Assembly (NCBI GenBank): GCA_045636665.1 | Contig: JAZTXY010000098.1 | Span: 1-51,537, forward strand | Source: Eubacteriales bacterium | GTDB taxonomy: Bacteria > Bacillota > Clostridia > Oscillospirales > CAG-382 | DNA length: 51,537 bases | Reading direction: 5' to 3' | Shown here: in pieces, positions 18,433 to 26,810 of the stretch | Numbering within the stretch: position 1 is the first letter of the stretch | Layout: each line of letters opens with the position of its first letter | Made by a program: the position numbers and the translations under genes | The notes under the pieces: model-generated | Database searches by the model: none | What the model was told of the DNA's origin: nothing | Seen by the model: the letters and a program-made list of their open reading frames with translations, nothing else

Positions 18433-18470
18433 AAGTTCACACCGGTGATGATGAAAATAAGGAGATCTTT

Positions 18471-19337
18471 ATGGAACCAAAAATTGGAGAAAAGATTGCA
18501 AAATATAGAAAACTAAAAGGGTATACGCAAGAACAGCTCGGAGAATTAGTAGGCGTTTCGGGACAAGCTGTATCAAAATGGGAAAATGGCGGGGTTCCCG
18601 ACACATATTTATTGCCGACCATTTCTAAGGTTTTGGGTGCGTCTATTGATGCCTTGTTCGGAGTAGAAACGAAAATATCTGATTACTCTCAAGACGAAAT
18701 CCTTGATGATTTGTTTAAGTTTTGCCTTCAAAAGACACACTACCAAGATGAAGGAATAGATTTGTTCAAATTTTTGTTTGATACTATATGGACCGTACAA
18801 AGCGCATATTTCGGGAATGAACGCCGACCGCTATTAAAAGATGTTATTGACAAGAATCGAGGCAATCAGCAAATAACATCACAAATCATCAACGATGAAG
18901 GAACAACATATTTGTCGCTTGTAGAAAACTTTCCATTTTTTTGTGCTGTCAGTGATACTCCGGAAATATCAAAAAAATTATTGTCTGAAAAGAACTTTGG
19001 TGAATTCTTCTCATTACTTGCTTCGGAAGATGGAATGAAGGCAATTGTTTTCACGCAAAGTACAACCGAAACAGGTCAATATACGGCGGATATGATGGCT
19101 AAAAGAATCGGTATCACACTTGAAAGATTCCATGAAATTGAACCGTTACTTGTTAAATACGGTCTTTTGAATGAAGATAGCTTAACATTGGATGATAGCA
19201 TAATCAAGGTGTATCATAAGTGGAGCAATCCCGAAATCCGTCCGCTATTGATGATGGCATATCAATTTATCAATGCAAGACAATGTTATTATGATTTCAC
19301 TTGTAACAGAACCAAACCCTATTTTGAAAACGAATAA
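18471..19337 (+). CDS. XRE-family HTH regulator with an uncharacterised C-terminal domain
   Basis: IAKYRKLKGYTQEQLGELVGVSGQAVSKWENG HTH_3 motif; RBS AAGGAG. Confidence 0.9.
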   Translation: MEPKIGEKIAKYRKLKGYTQEQLGELVGVSGQAVSKWENGGVPDTYLLPTISKVLGASIDALFGVETKISDYSQDEILDDLFKFCLQKTHYQDEGIDLFKFLFDTIWTVQSAYFGNERRPLLKDVIDKNRGNQQITSQIINDEGTTYLSLVENFPFFCAVSDTPEISKKLLSEKNFGEFFSLLASEDGMKAIVFTQSTTETGQYTADMMAKRIGITLERFHEIEPLLVKYGLLNEDSLTLDDSIIKVYHKWSNPEIRPLLMMAYQFINARQCYYDFTCNRTKPYFENE

Positions 19338-19388
19338 AAAGTACCGCCGAGAGCAATCAAACGTAACTCTCGGCGGTACTTTATTTTG
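19337..19388. terminator. Bidirectional terminator
   Basis: AAAGTACCGCCGAGAG...CTCTCGGCGGTACTTT between convergent genes. Confidence 0.8.
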
Positions 19389-19769
19389 TTATTGTTTTTT
19401 AGAATAGGTTTTTTGGATAAACTTTTCGGAGTTTACAATAAAACGCTCGTGGATACCTTCGCCGATAACGCCGCATTCATCGTTTGCGACAACCTTAAAG
19501 ACAAGTCTTCTGCCTTCTCTTTCGACAAGCTCGGCAGTTGCGCTGACCTGCATTCCTACGGGTGTTGCAGCGATATGCTTGACGTTAAGAAGTGTTCCTA
19601 CGGTAGTTTCGGCTTCGTCAAGAACTCCCTTAAGCGCTTCACACGCTGCCTTTTCGATCAATGCAAGCATCGAAGGGGTTGCATAGACCGCAAGTGATCC
19701 GCTTCCCACCGAAAGTGCAGTGTTGTTTTCAGTTACGATATCATTCACGGTTGCTTTGATGTTATCCAC
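19389..19769 (-). CDS. FlK-like (fluoroacetyl-CoA-type) hot-dog thioesterase
   Basis: GSGSLAVYATP, LIEKAA, TVGT..VKHIAATPVG, GIHERF. Confidence 0.88.
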   Translation of the reverse strand: MDNIKATVNDIVTENNTALSVGSGSLAVYATPSMLALIEKAACEALKGVLDEAETTVGTLLNVKHIAATPVGMQVSATAELVEREGRRLVFKVVANDECGVIGEGIHERFIVNSEKFIQKTYSKKQ

Positions 19770-19772
19770 TTT

Positions 19773-22715
19773 TTACGCTTTCCTTTTCTTTTTAATTACA
19801 AACAATACTGCCGCAACAGCCGCGATGCCTGCCGCAATTGCACCGATTATCGCCCATACCATACCACCGCTCGATTCGTTATCGGTTGTGGTATCGGACG
19901 CATTGTCGGGTGTATCATCAGATGTATCATCTGTGTTGTCCGGCGAACCGTTGGGGTTGTTGTTCGAGTTGTCCGCGCTATCCGAGTTATCCGAGGGGGT
20001 GTTCGAATCGTTATCCGACACATCGGGATTGGAGGTTTCGGGATTCGATACATCGGGATCGGGCTCGATCGGAGCGTTGGGATCCAACGCCTTGGTAAGC
20101 TGATCAAACAGATACTCGGCATTCGAAATAAATATGTTTTCCTGATTGATATAATTTTCCAATTCGGTTACATATTTTCTAACGTTTGTGCGTCTGGGAT
20201 CAGACTTATCGCTTGTTTTCATGAATTCATACGCTTCATCGATAAGCTTTCTATACGCTGTTTCATCAAAAGAGAACACACGGAATTCGGAAATACCGCC
20301 GCTGTAATAGGTGTTCCAGTCGGGCATATACCAACGCTTAAGCTGAACGTATTTTACATATCTTGCATTTTGTGCTTTATCAAGAGTAATAGTGTCGATT
20401 TGCTTTACTCGGTCTGCAGCGCCGCTTATTTCGTAAACCTTTGTAAAGTTCTTTCCATCCTCGGACAGATATATTTCATAAGCGGAAACGTGCTCGTAAA
20501 AATTGATTTCGATACGCGAAACAGGCTTTACAGAACCGAAATCGATAAGCAACCACTGTTCATCCTTATCCTTAGCCAGCGAAAGTCTGGTATCGTCATC
20601 GCCGTCAACCGCAAGGTCGGAGGTAAGACGACCGTCATATACTTCAAGACCGGAAACAGAGGTTTGGGCATTAAGAGCGATGTTGTAGTTAGCAAGCATT
20701 TTGCTCAAATCAACCGCTTCGGCAGTTACCTTGATGTTATCGATAGTACCTTTTACGCCCTTACCGATTTCTTCAAGCGGAATTGTAAGGGTTGTAAGAA
20801 CCGTATTACTGGGATTAAGCTTGTTATACGGCATAAAAGTAAGGGAATCGTTAACAGTGAGATAAGTGGTGGTAAGGTCACTGCTAAGACGTATTTTTAC
20901 CGTTTCGCCGACAGGCATTTTGTAATCGTAGGTAAAGGTGTAATATTCGGTGGTAAATCCGAAATTACCGTTTCCGTCTGCATCCGCAAGAATCTCAACA
21001 CCGTCACCTGCAAAGAGAGGTGCCTTTGCAGCTTCGTCAAGACGAATTTCAAATTCGAGGGTGTTGGGGAAGCCGACAGCGGGATCCTTAAGACGATTTT
21101 CAAGAGTTACGTATGAAGTACCGTCAAGAACGAATTTGCCGTTTTCAACCTTACCGCCCTTGATGAGGTCGGAATAATTGGATTCAAAATCGATGTTGAT
21201 TTCATCACCTACAAGCGCGTGACGTCCGGGGTCTGCATCGCCTGCGCGGAGAGAAAGCTTATCATAACGTTCTTTAAAGTTCTCATAGGTTATGTTTTTA
21301 GTGTCAAGACCGGTCCAGGTTTTTTCGGCAGTAAGGCATACCATGCCGCGCAATCTGTCGAAAATGTCGAAACGTGTAACGCCTTTCCAAGTGGTGTGGA
21401 TATCGTTCCAAAGCGCAAAGCATGCACCGAGGAGTCGTTCATCGTTGGGATCCCAGGTTTTGTTCTCATAAAGCGAGAAGATATTTACCTGCCACTTATT
21501 GTAAAGCGTTTTAAGATCGAAATAGTCGGGGAAATTATAGTTTGTGGTAGGTACGGTGTAAAGGATATTGTTTAAGGTGTTAATTACTTCGTACTTACTT
21601 GCTTTTGTTTCTTCAAAACCGGAAATGCCGTGATCCCAATAGTTCACCTGTGCATTTTCGGAAATGGGTGTTGTGCCTTTAAAGCCGTCCGGGCCCAAGC
21701 CTGCCCAGAAACGCGCCTTGTAACCGAACGAGCCAACATATTCGATAAGCTCGTTGGTATACCAACGCATAAGCTCGGCATACTCACGGGGATATTCATC
21801 GGTACCGATATGTACGATTTTGTTTACGAATACAGGGTCATCGCCGGAAAGATATTCAGCGAAAAGCTTTTTAACGAATTCAAGCGTTTCGGGCTTTGAA
21901 ATATCAAGGCAACGGTTATTGCCGGGGAGATAAGGAGGGGGATTTTCCGCTCTTGCATAGCAACGGGAGTGGAACGGTGTATCGATTTCGGTAATAACGG
22001 TAACGCCGTATTTAAGCATTTCCTTTTGGTATGCGCGATATTCGTCCTTGGTATAATGTTCACCGGGAGAAGAAAGACCTTTAATATCACTTTCCAAACG
22101 GAAGCCGTCGTGACCGTTGGAACCATCATCATTAATATGAACGTGGATTTCGTTCATCTTATAATACGCCATATAGCGTGTGATTTCATCAAGATAATCC
22201 ATCGGAATCCAAGCTCTGCCGACGTCGATCATACCCGAACGAATAGGATATGCAGGATAGTCAACAGCCTTACCGCAGGGGAAGAAACCGTCTGCAGTAC
22301 AGCTTTGAACAACCGAAATACCGCCGTAAAGAAGGCCGATTTCTTCGGGTGCCTTAATTTCGATAACATTGGCGGTTGCATCGATAGTATAACCCTCTTT
22401 ACCAACCTTGCTCGAAAGCGATTTGTCTATTTTAAAGGTTATTTCGTTTTTGCCGCTTGCTTTGTTCGAAATCTTTAAATCGAGAGAAAGCATTTCGGAG
22501 AAGAAGCGTTGAACCTTTTCAATAGATTCGGAGCTCGAGAGATTAACGAGCGCGGTTTGCGCATTGGGGGTAAATTTGCCACTGCTTCCCTTCCATTCAC
22601 GGATTGCAGGAATTACAGAAGGCGCATTGTTTTGTGCTGCCAATGCGGTACTGAAGGGAACAGTCATTGATGCCATAAACAATACTGTCATGAGGAAAGC
22701 GATAACTTTTTTCAT
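19773..22715 (-). CDS. Surface GH20 beta-N-acetylhexosaminidase-like enzyme with F5/8C (CBM32) domain and C-terminal TM anchor
   Basis: Signal peptide, VIPAIREW, MIDVGR, HVHIND, EIDTPFH, HIGTDE (catalytic DE), ALWND; AVDGD...WLLIDFG...GISEFRV; D/S/N-rich linker, TM helix, KKKRKA. Confidence 0.9.
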   Translation of the reverse strand: MKKVIAFLMTVLFMASMTVPFSTALAAQNNAPSVIPAIREWKGSSGKFTPNAQTALVNLSSSESIEKVQRFFSEMLSLDLKISNKASGKNEITFKIDKSLSSKVGKEGYTIDATANVIEIKAPEEIGLLYGGISVVQSCTADGFFPCGKAVDYPAYPIRSGMIDVGRAWIPMDYLDEITRYMAYYKMNEIHVHINDDGSNGHDGFRLESDIKGLSSPGEHYTKDEYRAYQKEMLKYGVTVITEIDTPFHSRCYARAENPPPYLPGNNRCLDISKPETLEFVKKLFAEYLSGDDPVFVNKIVHIGTDEYPREYAELMRWYTNELIEYVGSFGYKARFWAGLGPDGFKGTTPISENAQVNYWDHGISGFEETKASKYEVINTLNNILYTVPTTNYNFPDYFDLKTLYNKWQVNIFSLYENKTWDPNDERLLGACFALWNDIHTTWKGVTRFDIFDRLRGMVCLTAEKTWTGLDTKNITYENFKERYDKLSLRAGDADPGRHALVGDEINIDFESNYSDLIKGGKVENGKFVLDGTSYVTLENRLKDPAVGFPNTLEFEIRLDEAAKAPLFAGDGVEILADADGNGNFGFTTEYYTFTYDYKMPVGETVKIRLSSDLTTTYLTVNDSLTFMPYNKLNPSNTVLTTLTIPLEEIGKGVKGTIDNIKVTAEAVDLSKMLANYNIALNAQTSVSGLEVYDGRLTSDLAVDGDDDTRLSLAKDKDEQWLLIDFGSVKPVSRIEINFYEHVSAYEIYLSEDGKNFTKVYEISGAADRVKQIDTITLDKAQNARYVKYVQLKRWYMPDWNTYYSGGISEFRVFSFDETAYRKLIDEAYEFMKTSDKSDPRRTNVRKYVTELENYINQENIFISNAEYLFDQLTKALDPNAPIEPDPDVSNPETSNPDVSDNDSNTPSDNSDSADNSNNNPNGSPDNTDDTSDDTPDNASDTTTDNESSGGMVWAIIGAIAAGIAAVAAVLFVIKKKRKA

Positions 22716-22825
22716 AACTAACTCCTTTTTTCAATTTTACAAATCATATTACCATACTAAAGAGCACTTTGTCAATATATGTTTATATGCATCGAAAATT
22801 TTTTTCATTATTTTTGAAAAAGGGG

Positions 22826-22913
22826 TTGACAAATTTGGTTTGTTGTTATAGACTAACACCAGAGGTTGGTAACCGCAAACCAAACACGGCCGATTGGTTG
22901 GCTGTTACAAACC
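22826..22913 (+). promoter_or_regulatory. SigA promoter of the blaI-like gene with three 18-bp operator-like palindromes
   Basis: TTGACA-N17-TAGACT; GGTTKG-N6-CAAACC at 22837 (degenerate), 22864 and 22896. Confidence 0.75.
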
Positions 22914-22950
22914 CGTGTGCACACAAAGATTATATGACGAGGTGTCTTTT

Positions 22951-23313
22951 ATGGAAAATATGAAGCTATGCGAAAGCGATTACCGTTTTATGTCGGTTAT
23001 TTGGGATAACGAGCCTGTGCCCTCGGGCAAGCTTGTTGAGCTTTGCAACGATAAGCTCGGTTGGAAGAAGCCCACGACCTACACAACGCTTAAAAAGCTT
23101 TGCGACAAGGGATTTGCAAAAAACGAAAACACCGTTGTTTCTTCGCTTATCCCCCGCGAAAAGGTTCAGTCCTTTGCGAGTGAGCATTTCGTTGAGCATA
23201 CCTTCGAAGGCTCTTTGCCTAAATTCTTGGTTTCTTTTCTTGACGGAAAAAAGATTTCCGAGGAAGAAGCCGACGAGCTTAAAAGGTTGATTGACGAATA
23301 CAAGGAGTATTAA
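22951..23313 (+). CDS. BlaI/MecI/CopY-family repressor
   Basis: RFMSVIW, GWKKPTTYTTLKKLCDKG, FEGSLPKFLVSFL, ELKRLID; RBS GAGGTG. Confidence 0.93.
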   Translation: MENMKLCESDYRFMSVIWDNEPVPSGKLVELCNDKLGWKKPTTYTTLKKLCDKGFAKNENTVVSSLIPREKVQSFASEHFVEHTFEGSLPKFLVSFLDGKKISEEEADELKRLIDEYKEY

Positions 23314-23314
23314 G

Positions 23315-25111
23315 ATGGTCGGTTTCTTTAACACCGTTCTTGATATGAGTATAAACGCAGGTATCGTTATACTCGCTGTCATCCTTGTAAGAGCGATTCT
23401 TTTCAAAGCGCCCAAACGCTTTTCCTATCTTCTTTGGACAGTTGTCGGATTCCGTCTTGTTTGCCCGATTAGCTTTAAATCCGTTATTAGCATTTTCGGG
23501 TTCGGCAGGATCGATTCCCCAACCTTGCCCAACGTCGGCGGTGATATTATTGTCGATGCTTCGCACGAAACGCGACCGATATTTCCCGTTGATGACCCGA
23601 ATTTCGTTATTAATGGCGGCGCAAGCGTTGAATTTGCCGAAAAATTCGACATAATCGCGCTTATCAACACCGTTATAATGATAATTTGGTTTTTAGGTAT
23701 GGCGGTTGCTTTGTCCTACACCGTTATATCCTATTTTAAGGTAAAACGTCAGATGGCAAATGCAGTCAAATTTGAGGATAACGTTTTTATGTCCGAAAAG
23801 GTTGGCTCACCCTTTGCGCTCGGTTTTATCCGTCCTAAAATATATATTCCCTATGGGATTGACAGAAGCACCTATGAGCAGATTATTGCCCATGAAAGAT
23901 GCCACATCAAGCGAGCAGATCATATTATCAAGCCGATGGCATTTTTGATTCTTGCCGTACATTGGTTCAATCCGCTTTGCTGGCTTGCATTTCGATTGAT
24001 GTGTCTTGATATGGAAATGAGCTGCGATGAAAAGGTTCTCAAACTTAAAGGAGATGAACTTATGAAAAAGAATTATGCGAGAGCACTTCTTTCTTTCGCA
24101 ACCGATAAACGACTTCCCGCTCCGAGTCCGATTGCATTCAGCGAGAGCAGAGGAAACGCAAAAAGACGCATTAAACACGCACTTTACTGGAAACGTCCCA
24201 AGCTTATTATCAATGTAGTTTGTTTAATTCTTTGTGCTGCGGCTCTTGTTGCCTGCGGCGCTGACGCGACAAACCCCGAATGGAAAGACGTTAAAACCGA
24301 AACTTTCGGCGAAAATCCGTATAATTTCGTATTTGGCAGTAACGGCGACGGCACCTGTTACATTAAGGAAATCAGAGTTGACAAGGATTATGACAACGAT
24401 ATTCACCTTGTTATTCCCGAAAAAGCCCCCAACGGTGATACCGTTGTTGAAATCAAAAACTTTTGCGGACTTAACAGCTCCGACACGATTCAAAACGTTC
24501 CGATTTATCTTACCTTTGAAAGCATGAACGCGGTAGTAAGCAAAATTGAAAACGCAAGTGACGTTACTCGAATCGAAAAGAACGGAATTTCAGTTGGTCA
24601 AAACCGCGAAAGAGATGCAAAGACGTTCAAAGCATTCTACGGCGAAAAGATAAGCGAAAACGGTGTCGGTTATTACGAGCTTGAGCCGTTTATCGATTTC
24701 AGCGAAAAAGACCGTCTTGCAACCATTCTTGACGTTTACGCGTATAGCGAGGAGGATTGCTATAACGATACGGTTAAATTCCTTGACAGTCTTGCAGGCG
24801 AAAAGGAAGATAAAAGCGTTCAAGCAAGAGAGGCGTTTAAATATCTTTATCACGTTGGCGACAGAATTACCGAAATTACGATTCCCTCGACAGTTAAAAA
24901 GATAGGCTACGGCTCGTTCGACGGATGCGACAACCTTAAAAAGGTTAACGGCATCAGTGACGGTTGCGTGCTTGAGGTTCAAAAAGCAGATTCTGAAAAT
25001 CCTGATAATACAATTACAGAAATCGTTATTAACGGTACCGAAAAAAGCGAGCTGTTCAGCTATGAAGTCGCAAATGATGCAAACGCAGACTTTATAAACG
25101 CGCTTGATTAA
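23315..25111 (+). CDS. BlaR1/MecR1-like M56 metallopeptidase with a non-PBP extracellular domain
   Basis: SPFALGFIRPKIYIP, AHERCHIKRADH, HWFNPLCW, EMSCDE; the C-terminal region has BspA/LRR_5-like segments. Confidence 0.9.
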   Translation: MVGFFNTVLDMSINAGIVILAVILVRAILFKAPKRFSYLLWTVVGFRLVCPISFKSVISIFGFGRIDSPTLPNVGGDIIVDASHETRPIFPVDDPNFVINGGASVEFAEKFDIIALINTVIMIIWFLGMAVALSYTVISYFKVKRQMANAVKFEDNVFMSEKVGSPFALGFIRPKIYIPYGIDRSTYEQIIAHERCHIKRADHIIKPMAFLILAVHWFNPLCWLAFRLMCLDMEMSCDEKVLKLKGDELMKKNYARALLSFATDKRLPAPSPIAFSESRGNAKRRIKHALYWKRPKLIINVVCLILCAAALVACGADATNPEWKDVKTETFGENPYNFVFGSNGDGTCYIKEIRVDKDYDNDIHLVIPEKAPNGDTVVEIKNFCGLNSSDTIQNVPIYLTFESMNAVVSKIENASDVTRIEKNGISVGQNRERDAKTFKAFYGEKISENGVGYYELEPFIDFSEKDRLATILDVYAYSEEDCYNDTVKFLDSLAGEKEDKSVQAREAFKYLYHVGDRITEITIPSTVKKIGYGSFDGCDNLKKVNGISDGCVLEVQKADSENPDNTITEIVINGTEKSELFSYEVANDANADFINALD

Positions 25112-25113
25112 GT

Positions 25114-25150
25114 AAAAAAACTCTGCTCTTTTACGGAGCAGAGTTTTTAA
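25114..25150. terminator. Bidirectional terminator
   Basis: AAAAACTCTGCTC...GAGCAGAGTTTTT between convergent genes. Confidence 0.8.
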
Positions 25151-25151
25151 T

Positions 25152-25898
25152 TTACAATAAGACGTCAACCGCCAGCATCAGACAAAATCCGACAAGAAGT
25201 GCATAGGTTGCGCCTCTTTCGTTGCCGTGGGCATGTGTTTCGGGAATCATTTCGTCACTGATAACGTAAAGCATCGTACCGCCTGCAAATGCCAAGGCAA
25301 ACGGAAGTATGACCGATGCGATGCTTACCGCAAAATAGCCGACAAGCGTGCCGACGACCTCAACCAGCCCCGTTATCATCGCGCAGACAAACGTCCTTTT
25401 CGGCGTTATTCCCGCGGCAAGCATGGGGCCTATAATTACCATACCCTCGGGAATATTTTGCAATGCGATACCGCCTGCGATTATCAAAGCTTGGGTATTA
25501 TCGCCCGAACCGAATCCAACGCCTGCGGCGATGCCTTCGGGCAGATTGTGTATTGCGATTGCCGCAACAAACAGCAAAACCTTATCAAGATTACTGTTTT
25601 GATGTTCCTTGTCGCCGCCAACAAACTGATGAAGGTGAGGCACGAGCTTGTCGATAAGGTTAAGACAAACGGCGCCGACAAAAACACCCAAAATTGTTAT
25701 TAACAGTCCGAATTTACCGCCGTATTCAAGCGAGGGCAAAATTAACCCAAGCACTGCGGCGGCAAGCATTACGCCTGCGGCGAACGAAAGCACGATATCC
25801 GAAAACTTATGCGAAAGCTTTTTGAACATAAACCCGATTATCGAGCCGATTATCGTTGCTCCGCCCACGCCAAGCGCGGTTAGAAGTACCATTTCCAT
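25152..25898 (-). CDS. ZIP-family divalent metal transporter (ZupT/GufA-like)
   Basis: FAAGVML, IHNLPEG, LQNIPEG, FAGGTMLYVISDEMIPE. Confidence 0.92.
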   Translation of the reverse strand: MEMVLLTALGVGGATIIGSIIGFMFKKLSHKFSDIVLSFAAGVMLAAAVLGLILPSLEYGGKFGLLITILGVFVGAVCLNLIDKLVPHLHQFVGGDKEHQNSNLDKVLLFVAAIAIHNLPEGIAAGVGFGSGDNTQALIIAGGIALQNIPEGMVIIGPMLAAGITPKRTFVCAMITGLVEVVGTLVGYFAVSIASVILPFALAFAGGTMLYVISDEMIPETHAHGNERGATYALLVGFCLMLAVDVLL

Positions 25899-25954
25899 AA
25901 TTTTTTACCTTTATATAAAAATATGGGTAGGGCAAAACCCTACCCTTTTATATT

Positions 25955-26170
25955 TTATGCTTTTTCTGCAGGGGGTGCCATCATAAGCTCAGAGATGATG
26001 TCGAGAACCTTTTGATGACAGCCGCCGCAACCGGTTGAACACTTGGTTGCGAGCTGTACGCCCTTGAATGCTTCGAGCACGTCGGAAAACGAATTGAGAT
26101 TGTGAAGCGCATCCTCGATATCGCCGAAGCTGACTTTCATACAGTTACAAACGGTGTAATTTTCTTTCAT
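25955..26170 (-). CDS. BFD-like [2Fe-2S] protein
   Basis: CNC...CSTGCGGC; RBS GAAAGCGAG. Confidence 0.85.
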   Translation of the reverse strand: MKENYTVCNCMKVSFGDIEDALHNLNSFSDVLEAFKGVQLATKCSTGCGGCHQKVLDIISELMMAPPAEKA

Positions 26171-26188
26171 TTTACTAACTCGCTTTCT

Positions 26189-26347
26189 TTATTCGGCTTT
26201 GCCGAAATTTTCTTTGCCTACGCCGCAAAGAGGACATTCAAAATCTTCTGGAAGGACTTCAAATTTGGTACCGGGCTCGATTCCGTATTCGGGAGCGCCG
26301 ACTTCTTCATCGTATTCCCAGCCGCATACTTCACATATGTATTTCAT
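26189..26347 (-). CDS. Rubredoxin (52 aa; absent from the ORF track)
   Basis: Manual translation [52 protein letters not shown]; two CxxC motifs; RBS AAGGA. Confidence 0.95.
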   Translation of the reverse strand: MKYICEVCGWEYDEEVGAPEYGIEPGTKFEVLPEDFECPLCGVGKENFGKAE

Positions 26348-26383
26348 AATTACAGTTCCTTTTCTTTAGATTGCTTATATCAA

Positions 26384-26764
26384 TCAGAGATCTGCCTTCC
26401 ACAAACCGTGGAGATTGCAATATGCATAAACCGCAATCGGCTTTTCATCGCAAAGCGCAAAGGTTACTGTGGGTGCATCGCCTGCTTTAAGGCATTTTCT
26501 TTGACCGCCACGGCAGGTTTGGAGATATACCCATTCGATAAGATGTTCTTCGGTCATAGGATGGTCGACAGAGCCAACGTTTACCTTAACGGTGTCGCCT
26601 TCAACGGTAGCAACGGGAATGTGCTTTTCCTTGCTTGCTTCAACGGTGCCGGGAACGATTTGGGTCATCTTTTTGCCGCAGCACATCATATTCACACCGG
26701 ATTCGTTAATCATTCCTACGAGATTTCCGCAGGTTTCACATACATAAAATTTAGCTTCTTTCAT
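26384..26764 (-). CDS. dfx: Desulfoferrodoxin / superoxide reductase
   Basis: CETCGN...CCG desulforedoxin site; EKHIP, HPMTEEH, CNLHG. Confidence 0.95.
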   Translation of the reverse strand: MKEAKFYVCETCGNLVGMINESGVNMMCCGKKMTQIVPGTVEASKEKHIPVATVEGDTVKVNVGSVDHPMTEEHLIEWVYLQTCRGGQRKCLKAGDAPTVTFALCDEKPIAVYAYCNLHGLWKADL

Positions 26765-26810
26765 TGTTGTTTCTCCTTGATAGTTAGTTCAAAATTATAT
26801 ATTACAGTAT

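Noticed and set aside
22951..25111. Beta-lactam resistance locus
   Set aside because: No beta-lactamase or PBP gene nearby and no penicillin-binding sensor domain.
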